Shown: one piece after another, positions 28,461 to 37,860 of the stretch
Layout: every line of letters starts with the position of its first letter
How positions within the stretch are numbered: position 1 is the first letter of the stretch
Source: Planctomycetota bacterium
Lineage (GTDB): Bacteria; Planctomycetota; B15-G4; SIAN01
DNA: 64,000 nt
Direction: 5' to 3'
Assembly (NCBI GenBank): GCA_031409275.1
Contig: JANNXA010000007.1
Span: forward strand, 1-64,000
Program-made: the position numbers and the translations under genes
The notes under the pieces: model-generated
The model's input: only the letters and a program-made list of their open reading frames with translations
What the model was told of the DNA's origin: nothing
Databases searched by the model: none

Positions 28461-30436
28461 GCGTCCTCTCCGATCGAGCAGAGCGCGCGACCGCGTGGCG
28501 GCACGGCGCAGCGACCGGGCTTGCGGTCGGCCTCGTCGAAGCGACGCTGGTGCTGTGCGGCACCACCGACACGTTCGAGCGCTGGTTCGAGTGGCTGCTG
28601 ATGCCAGGCGCCGGTGCGATCCTCTACACGCTGGGCGGCGCGTGCGGCGGCGCGCTGACGGGCCGCTGGCTGCGCTCTCGACGCCTGCCCTGGATGCTGC
28701 TCTTCGTGGCCGGAACGGCGTGGCTGTGGAAGTGCCGCTGGATGACGGTGCAGCCGGCGCGCTTGCTTTGGGCGATCGGCGGGACGTTCGCGGCGGCGCT
28801 GCTGCTCGGCGCGCTGCTGCGTCCGTCGGCAGCGCGCGTCGCCGGACGCGTCCTGCGGCTCGCGACCACGACGGCGGCGATGCTGCTGTTCGGCGGGATC
28901 GCGCGCGCGCTCGGCGGTCCGCGGGGCGCGCTCGATCTGCTCTATGCAACCGCCGCCGCCGCCACCGTGTTGCTCATCGTGAAGCGCCTCGCGATCGGCC
29001 GCGGCGAGCGGATCGCCCACGCGCTGCTCGCGGCGGCTGCGCTTCAACCCGCCGCGGCGCTGCATGAACACGTGACGCGACGCCCCGTCGAGCGCACGCC
29101 AGCCACTCGCCTTGTGGCCCCCGCCGACGCGCCGGACGTCGTCCTGGTCACGTGGGACACGGTGCGCACCGATTCGCTGCCGTGCTTCGGCGGCGGCGGC
29201 CTCGACACTCCCGCACTCGATGCGCTGGTCCGCGAAGGCGCGCTCTTCACCGACTGCCGCGCCGTCGCCCCGTCCACTGCGCCGGCGCACACGAGCATGC
29301 TCACGGGCCTCTTCCCGCCGCGCCACGGTCTGCGCAGCAACGGCGAAGCGGCACCGCCGATCGCGACGCCGCGCCTCTCCGACATCCTCGCGTCGGAAGG
29401 GTGGGCCACCGGTGGCTTCGTCTCCACCTACGTGCTGCGCAAGGACTACGGCTTCGATCGCGGCTTCCACCACTTCGACGATCGTGGCGCGATGACGGTG
29501 CTCGGCTTCTATGTCGGCCGCTTCGACTTCGGCTCGATGCTGGCGCGCAAGCTGGTGCCACCGAAACTGCGCGAAGAGGGCACGCACACGACCGGTCGCG
29601 TGACCCTGAAGCGCGCGCAGGAGTGGTTGGCGCGTACGGGAGCGCCGACCTTCCTGTGGACCCACTTCTACGACGCGCACCTGCCGTTCACCCCCGAAGC
29701 GCCGTTTGTCGTGCGAACGCAAGCGCGCGCCGATGAAGGGCCGGCGCCAATCGACCCCGCGCAACGGGCCAACGTCGTCGCGCAGCGCGCCGAGATCGAG
29801 CTGCTCGACTCGTTGCTGGGCGAGCTGCGAAAGACGCTCGAAGCGCGCGATCCGGGGTTGCGGCGCACCTGGATCGTGCTGCTCGCGGACCATGGGGAGT
29901 GCTTTGGCGAAGGCGGCCTGATCGGCCACCATCGCTCGCTCTTCGACGCCACGCAGCACATCGCGCTCGTGATGCGACCGCCAACCGGCACGCCGGGCCT
30001 GCCGCCGGGAACGCGAGTGGAGCTGCCCTCCAACCAGGTCGATCTGCTGCCGACGCTGTGCGATGCGCTCGGCGTGGCCGCGCCCGACGATGGCGATGGC
30101 CTGTCGCTGCTGCCGGCATGGCGCGGCGAGGATTTTCCGGAGCGCGGCTTCTACATGGAGGCGTTCCAGTCGGAGCTGCTCGACGACCGCCTGCAAGGCT
30201 GGTCGGAGCGCGGGTTCGATCTGGTGAAGCGCCTCTCGGGCGAGCGCCACCTCTACGCGCCGGACGCCGGTCCGCCTCGCGACGTGGCGAGCGAAGAGCC
30301 CGCGGTGCTCGAGCGATTGGAGCAGCGCCTGGCAGAGTTCCTGGCGACCCACGCCACGGTCGTCACGCCGACGCGTGCGTTGTCCGCCGAAGAGAAGCGC
30401 GCGCTCGAAGCGCTGGGCTACACCGGCGGCAAGTAG
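28457..30436 (+). CDS. Membrane-anchored sulfatase-fold protein, Thr-type
   Basis: N-terminal TM bundle; TWDTVRTD, APSTAPAH, DAHLP, ADHGE and VDLLPT motifs; C-terminal LEALGY; GTGA overlap with the GT4 stop. Confidence 0.85.
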   Translation: MSVLSDRAERATAWRHGAATGLAVGLVEATLVLCGTTDTFERWFEWLLMPGAGAILYTLGGACGGALTGRWLRSRRLPWMLLFVAGTAWLWKCRWMTVQPARLLWAIGGTFAAALLLGALLRPSAARVAGRVLRLATTTAAMLLFGGIARALGGPRGALDLLYATAAAATVLLIVKRLAIGRGERIAHALLAAAALQPAAALHEHVTRRPVERTPATRLVAPADAPDVVLVTWDTVRTDSLPCFGGGGLDTPALDALVREGALFTDCRAVAPSTAPAHTSMLTGLFPPRHGLRSNGEAAPPIATPRLSDILASEGWATGGFVSTYVLRKDYGFDRGFHHFDDRGAMTVLGFYVGRFDFGSMLARKLVPPKLREEGTHTTGRVTLKRAQEWLARTGAPTFLWTHFYDAHLPFTPEAPFVVRTQARADEGPAPIDPAQRANVVAQRAEIELLDSLLGELRKTLEARDPGLRRTWIVLLADHGECFGEGGLIGHHRSLFDATQHIALVMRPPTGTPGLPPGTRVELPSNQVDLLPTLCDALGVAAPDDGDGLSLLPAWRGEDFPERGFYMEAFQSELLDDRLQGWSERGFDLVKRLSGERHLYAPDAGPPRDVASEEPAVLERLEQRLAEFLATHATVVTPTRALSAEEKRALEALGYTGGK

Positions 30437-30465
30437 CGCGAAGCGACGGCGCGCCGCGAAACGAA

Positions 30466-30500
30466 GCGGCGCGCCCAGGCTCGAAGCCGGAGCGCGCCGC
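30466..30500. terminator. Hairpin between convergent genes
   Basis: GCGGCGCGC...GCGCGCCGC stem with an inner GGCT/AGCC pair; followed by TTCGTTT on the minus strand. Confidence 0.55.
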
Positions 30501-30569
30501 AGAAACCACAAGGAGTTCAGATCACCGCCGGACCGGCCGACTCGGCAAGGCCAGCGATTCGAACAACGA

Positions 30570-31685
30570 TCAGAGCTGAGCGATCGTGATCTGGAGAGCG
30601 TTCGACGCGTAGAGCGACTTGCGCTTCTGGTTCGGATCGGAACCGAAGAACTGCAAGAAGAACGAGTCGTCCACTGCCAGCGGCGGCATCGTGTCGGTGA
30701 CGTTCATCTGGCCGCGATAGTCGAGAACCACTGGAATCAGCGCCGCCTGGCCGCCGACCAGCAGATCCATGTCACCGACGCGCAGCGCGCCGACGTCCGT
30801 CGCGATCCAGATCGTGCCGAGACCATGCGGACGGCCGCCGACGATGTCGATGCTCAGCTCGGCGCCCGGGGTCGGAGTCCCCTTGCTCGACAGCGTGCAC
30901 GAGCCACGCGTCGTGCCGGTCGGGATCCCGTACGCGATGTTCTCGACCACGAGCTGGCCGCGCACCTCGCCTTGCGGGTTCGCCGACGAACGAACGATCA
31001 CGTAGAGCTGACCGGACTGGAGCAACGTGAACTCGTCGTCCGTGAGGGGGCGCGACGCGCCGGCGAAGCGGCTCGAGTTGCCAGTCAGGTTGAAGAGTGG
31101 CGTACCGGTCTGGCCGACCGCGCCGATCTCGACCGACGCACTCATCGCGCTGAAATTTTCGACGCTCAGGGAGTAGCGCAGCTTGCGATCCGACTGCATG
31201 GAGAAGCGACCGTCGGCGGTCGAGAACGAGCGGCGGGGCGGAACGGACTGCAGCGCGGTGCAATGCGTCGTGAAGTCGTACGGACTCGCCAGCAGGTGAC
31301 CGCGGATCTCGCCCTGCGGATACGCGGTCGACGCCATCTGCACGTAGAAGCGACCGGCGCGCAGGTCAGCGATCTGCGTCGGCGAAAGGTTCGCCGAGCT
31401 TCCGGTCCAAGACGGGCCGCTGCCGCCCAAGTTGGCGAGCAACGCGCCATTCGAACCCGGATCGCCGATCCACACCGAGGCTCCGACGGCGTCGAGGCCG
31501 ATCGAATAGAGCTCCCAGTCGAAGCGACCGTTCGCGTCGAGCAGGCGGACGCGACCGAAGCCGTGGGCATCGGACGTGATCGCGGGGACCGCGCTCGCTC
31601 CGTCGAGCTGAACGTGGAATTCCTGTTGAGCAGTGGCGACGCCCGTCACGAGCAGCAAGGCACCGGCTACGAACTTGGCACGCAT
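30570..31685 (-). CDS. Secreted protein with two CHRD domains and a C-terminal beta domain
   Basis: Signal peptide; two CHRD-like repeats ending GRFYVQMASTAYPQGEIRGHL and GQLYVIVRSSANPQGEVRGQL. Confidence 0.82.
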   Translation of the reverse strand: MRAKFVAGALLLVTGVATAQQEFHVQLDGASAVPAITSDAHGFGRVRLLDANGRFDWELYSIGLDAVGASVWIGDPGSNGALLANLGGSGPSWTGSSANLSPTQIADLRAGRFYVQMASTAYPQGEIRGHLLASPYDFTTHCTALQSVPPRRSFSTADGRFSMQSDRKLRYSLSVENFSAMSASVEIGAVGQTGTPLFNLTGNSSRFAGASRPLTDDEFTLLQSGQLYVIVRSSANPQGEVRGQLVVENIAYGIPTGTTRGSCTLSSKGTPTPGAELSIDIVGGRPHGLGTIWIATDVGALRVGDMDLLVGGQAALIPVVLDYRGQMNVTDTMPPLAVDDSFFLQFFGSDPNQKRKSLYASNALQITIAQL

Positions 31686-31912
31686 CGACGCAACTCCGAT
31701 CTTCGAAGACAAGGGAGCGACAACCGATCAGGGGATCGGCAGTCGCAGGGGGGAAGGCATGGGGGAAGGAGGTCGCAGGACCGAGATCCGCCGAAGTTTC
31801 GGGGGGTGGCGGGGTTCCCGAGCGCGCTACGAACGACAATCGTTATCACGCTCCGGCGTTTCGGGAATACCTCACCTAAAAAAAAGTGATTCGACCTGGG
31901 GGACGCGCTGAA

Positions 31913-34360
31913 TCAGCGCCCTGCGGCGCCAGGTCGAACCAGCGCGCGGGTGAGGGCCGGCAACCGCTCGACGGTCCCCGTCCCCTCCACCAAGCGGACT
32001 CGCGAGCCGGCCGCAACGCTTCCGAACGATTCGCGCTTTCCGCCGGGCCACACCACCTCGAGTTGCGCCTCGCTCGCGCCGCCGGTCCCGAACAGCAATT
32101 CGTACGGCTGGCAGGAGAGGTAGGCGTTGCCGATGCCCAGCGTCTGTGAGCACGGCCGCCCCGCGACGGTGGCGATGACCTGCGCGTTCACCGCCGACCA
32201 GTGGCGCGACTTCGCCTCGAGCCGCACCTTCACGAAACGGCCGGCCGGGTCACCGAGGTCGTTGCGGAACAGCCGGTGGCGCGTGCGCTGCATCTCGTGG
32301 TTGAAGAGGTCGAGGTCGCCATCGTCGTCGAAGTCGGCTGCCAGCAGCGCACGCCCATCGCCTTCGGAGTCGGCGCCGCTGACATCGGAGACGTCGAGGA
32401 AGCCGTCGTCGCCGCGCAGCCACACCTTGTCGCGCTCGCGTCCGGCGTAGGACCAGCCCTCTTTCCACATCAGGTTGTACTGGGCCAGCCGGTACTGCTT
32501 CGAGTTCACCTGCTGCGAAACGCGGATGCTCGGCTCCTGCGCCGCGTCGACGGTGGAGGCCACCATCTGTCGCCAGGTGAGGCTGCGGATGTCGCCAGGC
32601 GTCGTGCGCGAGATGAAGCCGTTGACGCACACGAGGTCGAGACGGCCATCGAGGTCGAGGTCGCACGGTTGGCTGCCCCAACCCCAACGCCCCTCGGTCG
32701 CGCCGAAGCTCTTCGGCATGCGCTCGAAACGGCCGTCCCGTTGCAGGAAGACCGAGTTGCCGCGCGCCACGTCGTCCATGCCGTGGAGCTGCTCGGGCTT
32801 CAACGACAGGCGGGCGAGGATGCGGTCGCCTTCGACGGCGCACATGTTCGCAACATAGAGGTCGAGGCGACCGTCGTTGTCGAGGTCGCCGAAGCTCGCG
32901 CTCATGCCGAAGCCGACGTCCAGCACGCCGAGCTCGGCGGCGCGATCGGTGAAGTGACCGCGGCCATCGTTCACGAACATCTGGTTGGGGCCGTAGTCGT
33001 TGGCGATGTAGAGGTCGTCGTCGCCGTCCTGATCCCAATCGGCCGCCGCGGCGGCGAGCGCCCATTGCGTGATGGTGATCCCGGCGGACTCCGTGACGTT
33101 CTCGAAGCGCTTGCCCTCGACGTTGCGCAGCAGCGCGTTGCGTGGCGCGTTGTCCGCGTGGGTCCACTTGTTGTTGCGGACGCGGGCGAGGTCGCCGTAG
33201 GTGCAGAGGAAGACGTCGAGCCAGCCGTCGCCGTCGATGTCGAGGATCACCAGGGTCGTGAACCAATCGCGCAGTTCGCCGGCCAGCTCGCTGCTGACGT
33301 CGACGTAACGCCAGTCGTCGCCCTCGCCGTCGCGACGCAGGAAACGCAGCGGATGGCCTCGAACCGCCCCATCCTTGTCGATCCAGCTTTCGTCGCCGAG
33401 CACGAGGTCGAGGTCGTGATCGTTGTCGAAGTCGAAGAACGCGACTCCCGTCGGGCTGCTGGCGTTGTCGAGCCCGCGCCGCGAAGCCTGCTCGACGAAA
33501 CCGCCTTCAGCGGCGGCGAGGTAGAGGTAGCTGCGGTCGTTCGCCGGCACGAAGAGGTCGAGCCGGCCATCGCCGTCGACGTCGGCCGTTGCCGCCCCTT
33601 CCCACGCGTAGGAGTAGTTGTCGAAGTCGGGCGTGATCAGCTCGACCCCCGCCGCCGCGCCGACTTCCGTGAACATCGCGCGCTCGCGTTCGAGCGACTC
33701 GAAGCTGCCCAGTTCCAGGCGCGACAGGCACCACTTGCGGTTCTCGCGACGCAGCTCGCCGCTGCCGATCGCCGTGGACGAGCGGCGCTTGCCCGCGCCA
33801 TCGTCGCCGATGACAGTCAGTCGCCACTGGATCGCGCCGGTCAACGGCGGACCGTTCGTGAAGTCGGCGCGCGTGAAATCGAGCCGCACCTCGTCGAGAT
33901 GCCGCCAGCTGCCGAGCAGCTCCTTCAGCGAGGCCAGCAGCCCGGCACGATCGACTTTCGCCGCACCCGTCACCGCATGCTCGATGCGGGTGACGCCACC
34001 CGGCCACGCGTGGCGCGCATGCTCCGGCGGCAGCGCGAGCGAGGTTCCCGCGAAGCCGGGTGCCAGGACGCCGTCACGATCGCTGAAATCCTGCTTCTCG
34101 AGCTGCTCGCACCAGAGCAGGACGCGCATCGCCGCCTCGTCGCAGAAGGTCTCGACGATCTCCATGTCGACGATCGGCTGGCCCTGCGTGGCGCCGATCT
34201 CCGCCACCAGCTCCTCCGCGCTCTTCGCGCGCGTCTGGCGTTGCCGCCACCACCACGCGCCGCCACCGCCGGCAGCCGTCAACACGAGGAGCAGAAGTAG
34301 AAGTCGAGCGCGTCCCATCCCGTCCGTATCCTTTTGCCCGTCCTCGTGAATCCAGCGCAT
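31913..34360 (-). CDS. CRTAC1-family FG-GAP/VCBS beta-propeller with ASPIC/UnbV domain and N-terminal membrane anchor
   Basis: Repeated DxDxDGxxD loops (DVDGDGRLD, DFDNDHDLD, DWDQDGDDD, DLDNDGRLD); C-terminal LLFGTG...VVWPGG. Confidence 0.85.
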   Translation of the reverse strand: MRWIHEDGQKDTDGMGRARLLLLLLVLTAAGGGGAWWWRQRQTRAKSAEELVAEIGATQGQPIVDMEIVETFCDEAAMRVLLWCEQLEKQDFSDRDGVLAPGFAGTSLALPPEHARHAWPGGVTRIEHAVTGAAKVDRAGLLASLKELLGSWRHLDEVRLDFTRADFTNGPPLTGAIQWRLTVIGDDGAGKRRSSTAIGSGELRRENRKWCLSRLELGSFESLERERAMFTEVGAAAGVELITPDFDNYSYAWEGAATADVDGDGRLDLFVPANDRSYLYLAAAEGGFVEQASRRGLDNASSPTGVAFFDFDNDHDLDLVLGDESWIDKDGAVRGHPLRFLRRDGEGDDWRYVDVSSELAGELRDWFTTLVILDIDGDGWLDVFLCTYGDLARVRNNKWTHADNAPRNALLRNVEGKRFENVTESAGITITQWALAAAAADWDQDGDDDLYIANDYGPNQMFVNDGRGHFTDRAAELGVLDVGFGMSASFGDLDNDGRLDLYVANMCAVEGDRILARLSLKPEQLHGMDDVARGNSVFLQRDGRFERMPKSFGATEGRWGWGSQPCDLDLDGRLDLVCVNGFISRTTPGDIRSLTWRQMVASTVDAAQEPSIRVSQQVNSKQYRLAQYNLMWKEGWSYAGRERDKVWLRGDDGFLDVSDVSGADSEGDGRALLAADFDDDGDLDLFNHEMQRTRHRLFRNDLGDPAGRFVKVRLEAKSRHWSAVNAQVIATVAGRPCSQTLGIGNAYLSCQPYELLFGTGGASEAQLEVVWPGGKRESFGSVAAGSRVRLVEGTGTVERLPALTRALVRPGAAGR

Positions 34361-34449
34361 CCAGACCCGAGAAATGGGCGCTGAACCCTAGCGCCGGATC
34401 GTGAAGAGCGCGAGGTGATGATTCACGCCACTGCCACGAGGTACCGAAC

Positions 34450-37400
34450 TTGAAACGCGCTTCCCAGCGCAGCGTCACCGCGACGCTGCTCTTGCTCGCC
34501 GGCGGTTGCGGTGACGATCCCGCCCCGGCGCCGCCGCCCGCGGAGGCACCGAGCGGCCCGGTCGCCGTCGACGTCCAGCTCGCCCGCGACCTTGCGGCGG
34601 CGGCGTTCGACGCCACCGACCACGTCAAGGCGCGCGCGCTGCTCGCGCCGCTCGTCGCAGCCGCCGACGCGCCCGGAGAAGACCTGCTTCGCGCCGCCAT
34701 CGTCGAGCTCGCGCTCGGGGAGCGCCAGGCCGCGCTCGCTTTCCTCGATCGCGCGCGCGCCACGCGCAGCCGTGACCCGCGGCTCTGGTTCAACCTCGCC
34801 CGCCTCGCGCGCGGCGAAGATCGGCTCGAAGAAGCGGTCGGCCACCTGAAGAAGGCGCTCGAGCTCGCTCCCGGCGATCTCTTCACCCAACTCGTGCTTG
34901 CCGTCACCTTGCACGACCTCGAGTCGCCGGATGCGCAAGGCGCCCTCCAGCGCATCCTCGACCAGGGGGTCGAGCACGGCGGCAGCGTCTACGTCGCCGC
35001 GCTCTATCGCATGAGCCGCCTGCACGTCGAGGCCGGACGGATGGAGCCCGCGAGCGCAGCGATGGATGAGTTCCAGCGCCTGCAGGACCAGGGGATCACC
35101 GCCCCCGACAACGAGCAGGTCGAGCGTGGCAGCTTCGGCGTGCTGGCGCCGCCGCGGCCGCAGACGGTGGCCGCCGCTGCGCCGCTGCCGCCCGCTGCGC
35201 CGCTCCTCGCGCCAACCACGCTGGTCGCGTGGCCGGGCACGCTGGGCGTCCGAGCGATCACGCTGCAGGACGATCGGGCGTACGCGATCACTACCAAGGT
35301 CGCCGCGCCGATGCAGCGAGCGCCCGAGCTGCTGCTCTGGGGCAGCGGCGGAGTCGCGCTCGCCGCTCGGGGAGCCGACGGAGCGTTCACCGTCACCGTC
35401 ATCGACCCACGCGCGGCCACGACGGCCGCCGCGCTCGACTGGGACAAGGACGGCGATCTCGATCTGATCGCGGCCCAGGGCAGCGAACTGCACGGCTACG
35501 CCAACGAGCGCGGCTCGTTCGTCGCGGCCGTCACCGTCTCGGCGAAACTGACAGCACCCGCCGCGGACCTCGTGGCGGTCGACTACGACCACGATGGCGA
35601 CCTCGACCTCTTCGTGGTCGGCACTTTCGGCGCGTTGCTGCTGCGTGACGACGGCCTCGCGCAAGGCGGCGCGCTGACGATCGATCGCGACAGCGGCGTC
35701 GCCGTCGAGGGCGCCTGCACCTGGTGCGCGATCGAGGATCTCGACTGCGATCAAGATGTCGATCTGCTGACCGGCTCGACGCAGGGCACCTGGCTCTTCG
35801 ACAACTTGCGCGGCGGCCACTTCCGCCGCCGCGACGGCGTGCTGCCGGCGCCATTCCACGGCGCTCGCGCTCCGCTGCTTGGCGATTTCGACCAGGACGG
35901 TCGTCCCGATGGCGCTCGCGCCGGCGCGCTCGGCCACTTCGGTCCCGACTTCACGTTCCGTGCAGCCACGAGCGGCGCTCCCGGCGCCGGTGGCGAGCTC
36001 GTCGCGCAAGGCGACCTCGATCGCGACGGGCGCAGCGACGGCTTCGGCGTGCGCGACGGCGCCGCCACGTTGGTGCCGGCGTTGGCGAGCGGAACCGCCG
36101 AGTGGAAGGGGCCGACCTGCGGCGAGGCGCTTCCGACCACCATCGTCGACGTCGATGCGGATGGCGGCCCCGACCTGCTGTTTGGAGCGGTGGGCACCGT
36201 CTCGTGGACGCGCGTCGCGGCGTCGACCCATTCGGGAATGCGCCTGACGCTGGTCGGCGTGAAGGACAATCGCCGCGGCGTCGGCGCCGTGGTGGAGCTG
36301 CGGGCGAGAGAGGTCTACACACGCCTCTACTGGGATGGCGAGCCGCGTCTGTTGGGCCTTGGCGCGCATGCGCAAGCGGACTTCATTCGCGTCACCTGGC
36401 CCAACGGCGTCGTGCAGACCGTCACTGATTGCGCCGCCGGCAGCGCGCAGGTGATCGAGCAGAAGGAGGGGCTGGTGGGCTCCTGCCCGTTCCTCTACAC
36501 GTGGAACGGCACGCGCTACGAGTTCATCACCGACGTGCTCGGCATCACGCCGTTGGGATTGCCGATGGCGCCTGGAATGCTGGTGCCGCCCGACCACGAC
36601 GAGTATGTGTTGATCCGTGGCGAGCAGCTCGCGCCGCGCGACGGCAGCTACGACCTGCAGCTCACGGAAGAGCTGCGCGAGGTGACCTACCTCGACCGCG
36701 TGCGGCTCGATGTCGTCGATCATCCGGACGGCAGCGAGATCTATCCCAACGAGCGCTTCACCTTTCCGCCGTTCCCGGAAGCGAAGACGCACCTCGTCGT
36801 CGCACCGCGCGCGCCGATCGAGGCGACCGGCAGCGATGGCGGCGACTGGCGCGCGGCGCTGGCCCAAGCGGACGGCGAGCTCGCGATGCCGTTCGCCCCC
36901 TACCGGCCCGCGGAGGCCGGTGAGACGCACTCACCGACTTGGGGCGGGCAGTTCCAGGGCCTGGCACCGCGCCACTGGCTCGAGCTGCGCTTCGACCCGA
37001 GCGACCTGGCGCAGGCGAAGTTGCTGCGCCTGGTGATGACCGGCTGGTTCTTCTGGACCGACGCCAGCGTGAACGTCGCGGCGGCGCGCACGCCGACGGT
37101 GCGCTTCGAGCCGCCGGTGTTGCAGGTGCCCGATGGCGCCGGCGGTTGGCGCGATGCGGGTCCGCCGATTGGTTTCCCGGCCGGCAAGTTGAAGTCGATG
37201 GTGATCGACGTCAGCGATCTGCTGCCGCGCCACGATCCGCGCTTGCGCCTCGTCTCGACGCTGCGCCTCTATTGGGACTCGATCCGCCTCGCCATCGACG
37301 ACGGCACCACGCCGTTCACGACCACCTCGATCGAACCGGCCAGCGCGCGACTCTGGGAACGAGGCTTCTCCGCTTCGCAGTTGCTGCCCGGACATCAGCA

Positions 37401-37860
37401 GCTCGAGTGGTTCGACTGGGACCGCCTCGCCAGCGAGCCGCGCTGGAACCAGCACCCCGGCAGCTACACGCGGCTCGGGGACGTGCTGCCGCTCACGGGC
37501 GCGATCGACGATCGCTTCGTGGTGATGGGTTCGGGCGACGCGCTCCACTTGCGCTTCCCGGCCACGGGGTTGCCGCCGCTCGCGGCCGGATGGCGACGCG
37601 ATTTCCTGCTCTTCGTCGACGGCTGGGCAAAAGACCGCGACGCCAACAGCGTCGAGGCGCTGCACGTCGAACCGCTCCCCTTCCACGGAATGGCGGGCTA
37701 CCCCTACGATGCACCGCAGCACTTCCCGGACGACCCGCTCCATCAGGAGTGGCGACGTGAGTGGCAGACGCGACCTTCTCGGAACTGGATTCCGACTCTG
37801 GCCCCGCGCTCGCCCTTCACGCCGGCTGGGACTGCGGAAGCGACCGGCGCCAGCCGATGA
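34450..37860 (+). CDS. Lipoprotein with TPR, FG-GAP/VCBS and ASPIC/UnbV domains plus a C-terminal domain of about 450 aa
   Basis: Lipobox LAGGC; TPR helices; DWDKDGDLD and DYDHDGDLD loops; NRRGVGA...VTWPNG; then GSCPFLYTWNG. Confidence 0.82.
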   Translation: MKRASQRSVTATLLLLAGGCGDDPAPAPPPAEAPSGPVAVDVQLARDLAAAAFDATDHVKARALLAPLVAAADAPGEDLLRAAIVELALGERQAALAFLDRARATRSRDPRLWFNLARLARGEDRLEEAVGHLKKALELAPGDLFTQLVLAVTLHDLESPDAQGALQRILDQGVEHGGSVYVAALYRMSRLHVEAGRMEPASAAMDEFQRLQDQGITAPDNEQVERGSFGVLAPPRPQTVAAAAPLPPAAPLLAPTTLVAWPGTLGVRAITLQDDRAYAITTKVAAPMQRAPELLLWGSGGVALAARGADGAFTVTVIDPRAATTAAALDWDKDGDLDLIAAQGSELHGYANERGSFVAAVTVSAKLTAPAADLVAVDYDHDGDLDLFVVGTFGALLLRDDGLAQGGALTIDRDSGVAVEGACTWCAIEDLDCDQDVDLLTGSTQGTWLFDNLRGGHFRRRDGVLPAPFHGARAPLLGDFDQDGRPDGARAGALGHFGPDFTFRAATSGAPGAGGELVAQGDLDRDGRSDGFGVRDGAATLVPALASGTAEWKGPTCGEALPTTIVDVDADGGPDLLFGAVGTVSWTRVAASTHSGMRLTLVGVKDNRRGVGAVVELRAREVYTRLYWDGEPRLLGLGAHAQADFIRVTWPNGVVQTVTDCAAGSAQVIEQKEGLVGSCPFLYTWNGTRYEFITDVLGITPLGLPMAPGMLVPPDHDEYVLIRGEQLAPRDGSYDLQLTEELREVTYLDRVRLDVVDHPDGSEIYPNERFTFPPFPEAKTHLVVAPRAPIEATGSDGGDWRAALAQADGELAMPFAPYRPAEAGETHSPTWGGQFQGLAPRHWLELRFDPSDLAQAKLLRLVMTGWFFWTDASVNVAAARTPTVRFEPPVLQVPDGAGGWRDAGPPIGFPAGKLKSMVIDVSDLLPRHDPRLRLVSTLRLYWDSIRLAIDDGTTPFTTTSIEPASARLWERGFSASQLLPGHQQLEWFDWDRLASEPRWNQHPGSYTRLGDVLPLTGAIDDRFVVMGSGDALHLRFPATGLPPLAAGWRRDFLLFVDGWAKDRDANSVEALHVEPLPFHGMAGYPYDAPQHFPDDPLHQEWRREWQTRPSRNWIPTLAPRSPFTPAGTAEATGASR

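Noticed and set aside
12045..30511. Very long antisense or alternative-frame ORFs (for example 12045-14150 +, 18507-20870 +, 20852-23092 -, 28439-30511 -)
   Set aside because: They are shadows of real genes in high-GC DNA where stops are scarce; they are Arg/Ala-rich and show no motifs.
32570..32610. Possible recoded (selenocysteine) position in the CRTAC1-like gene near GDI-R-SLTWRQ
   Set aside because: I recall homologues being split near this motif, but here the codon is CGC (Arg) and the frame is open, so there is no recoding evidence.
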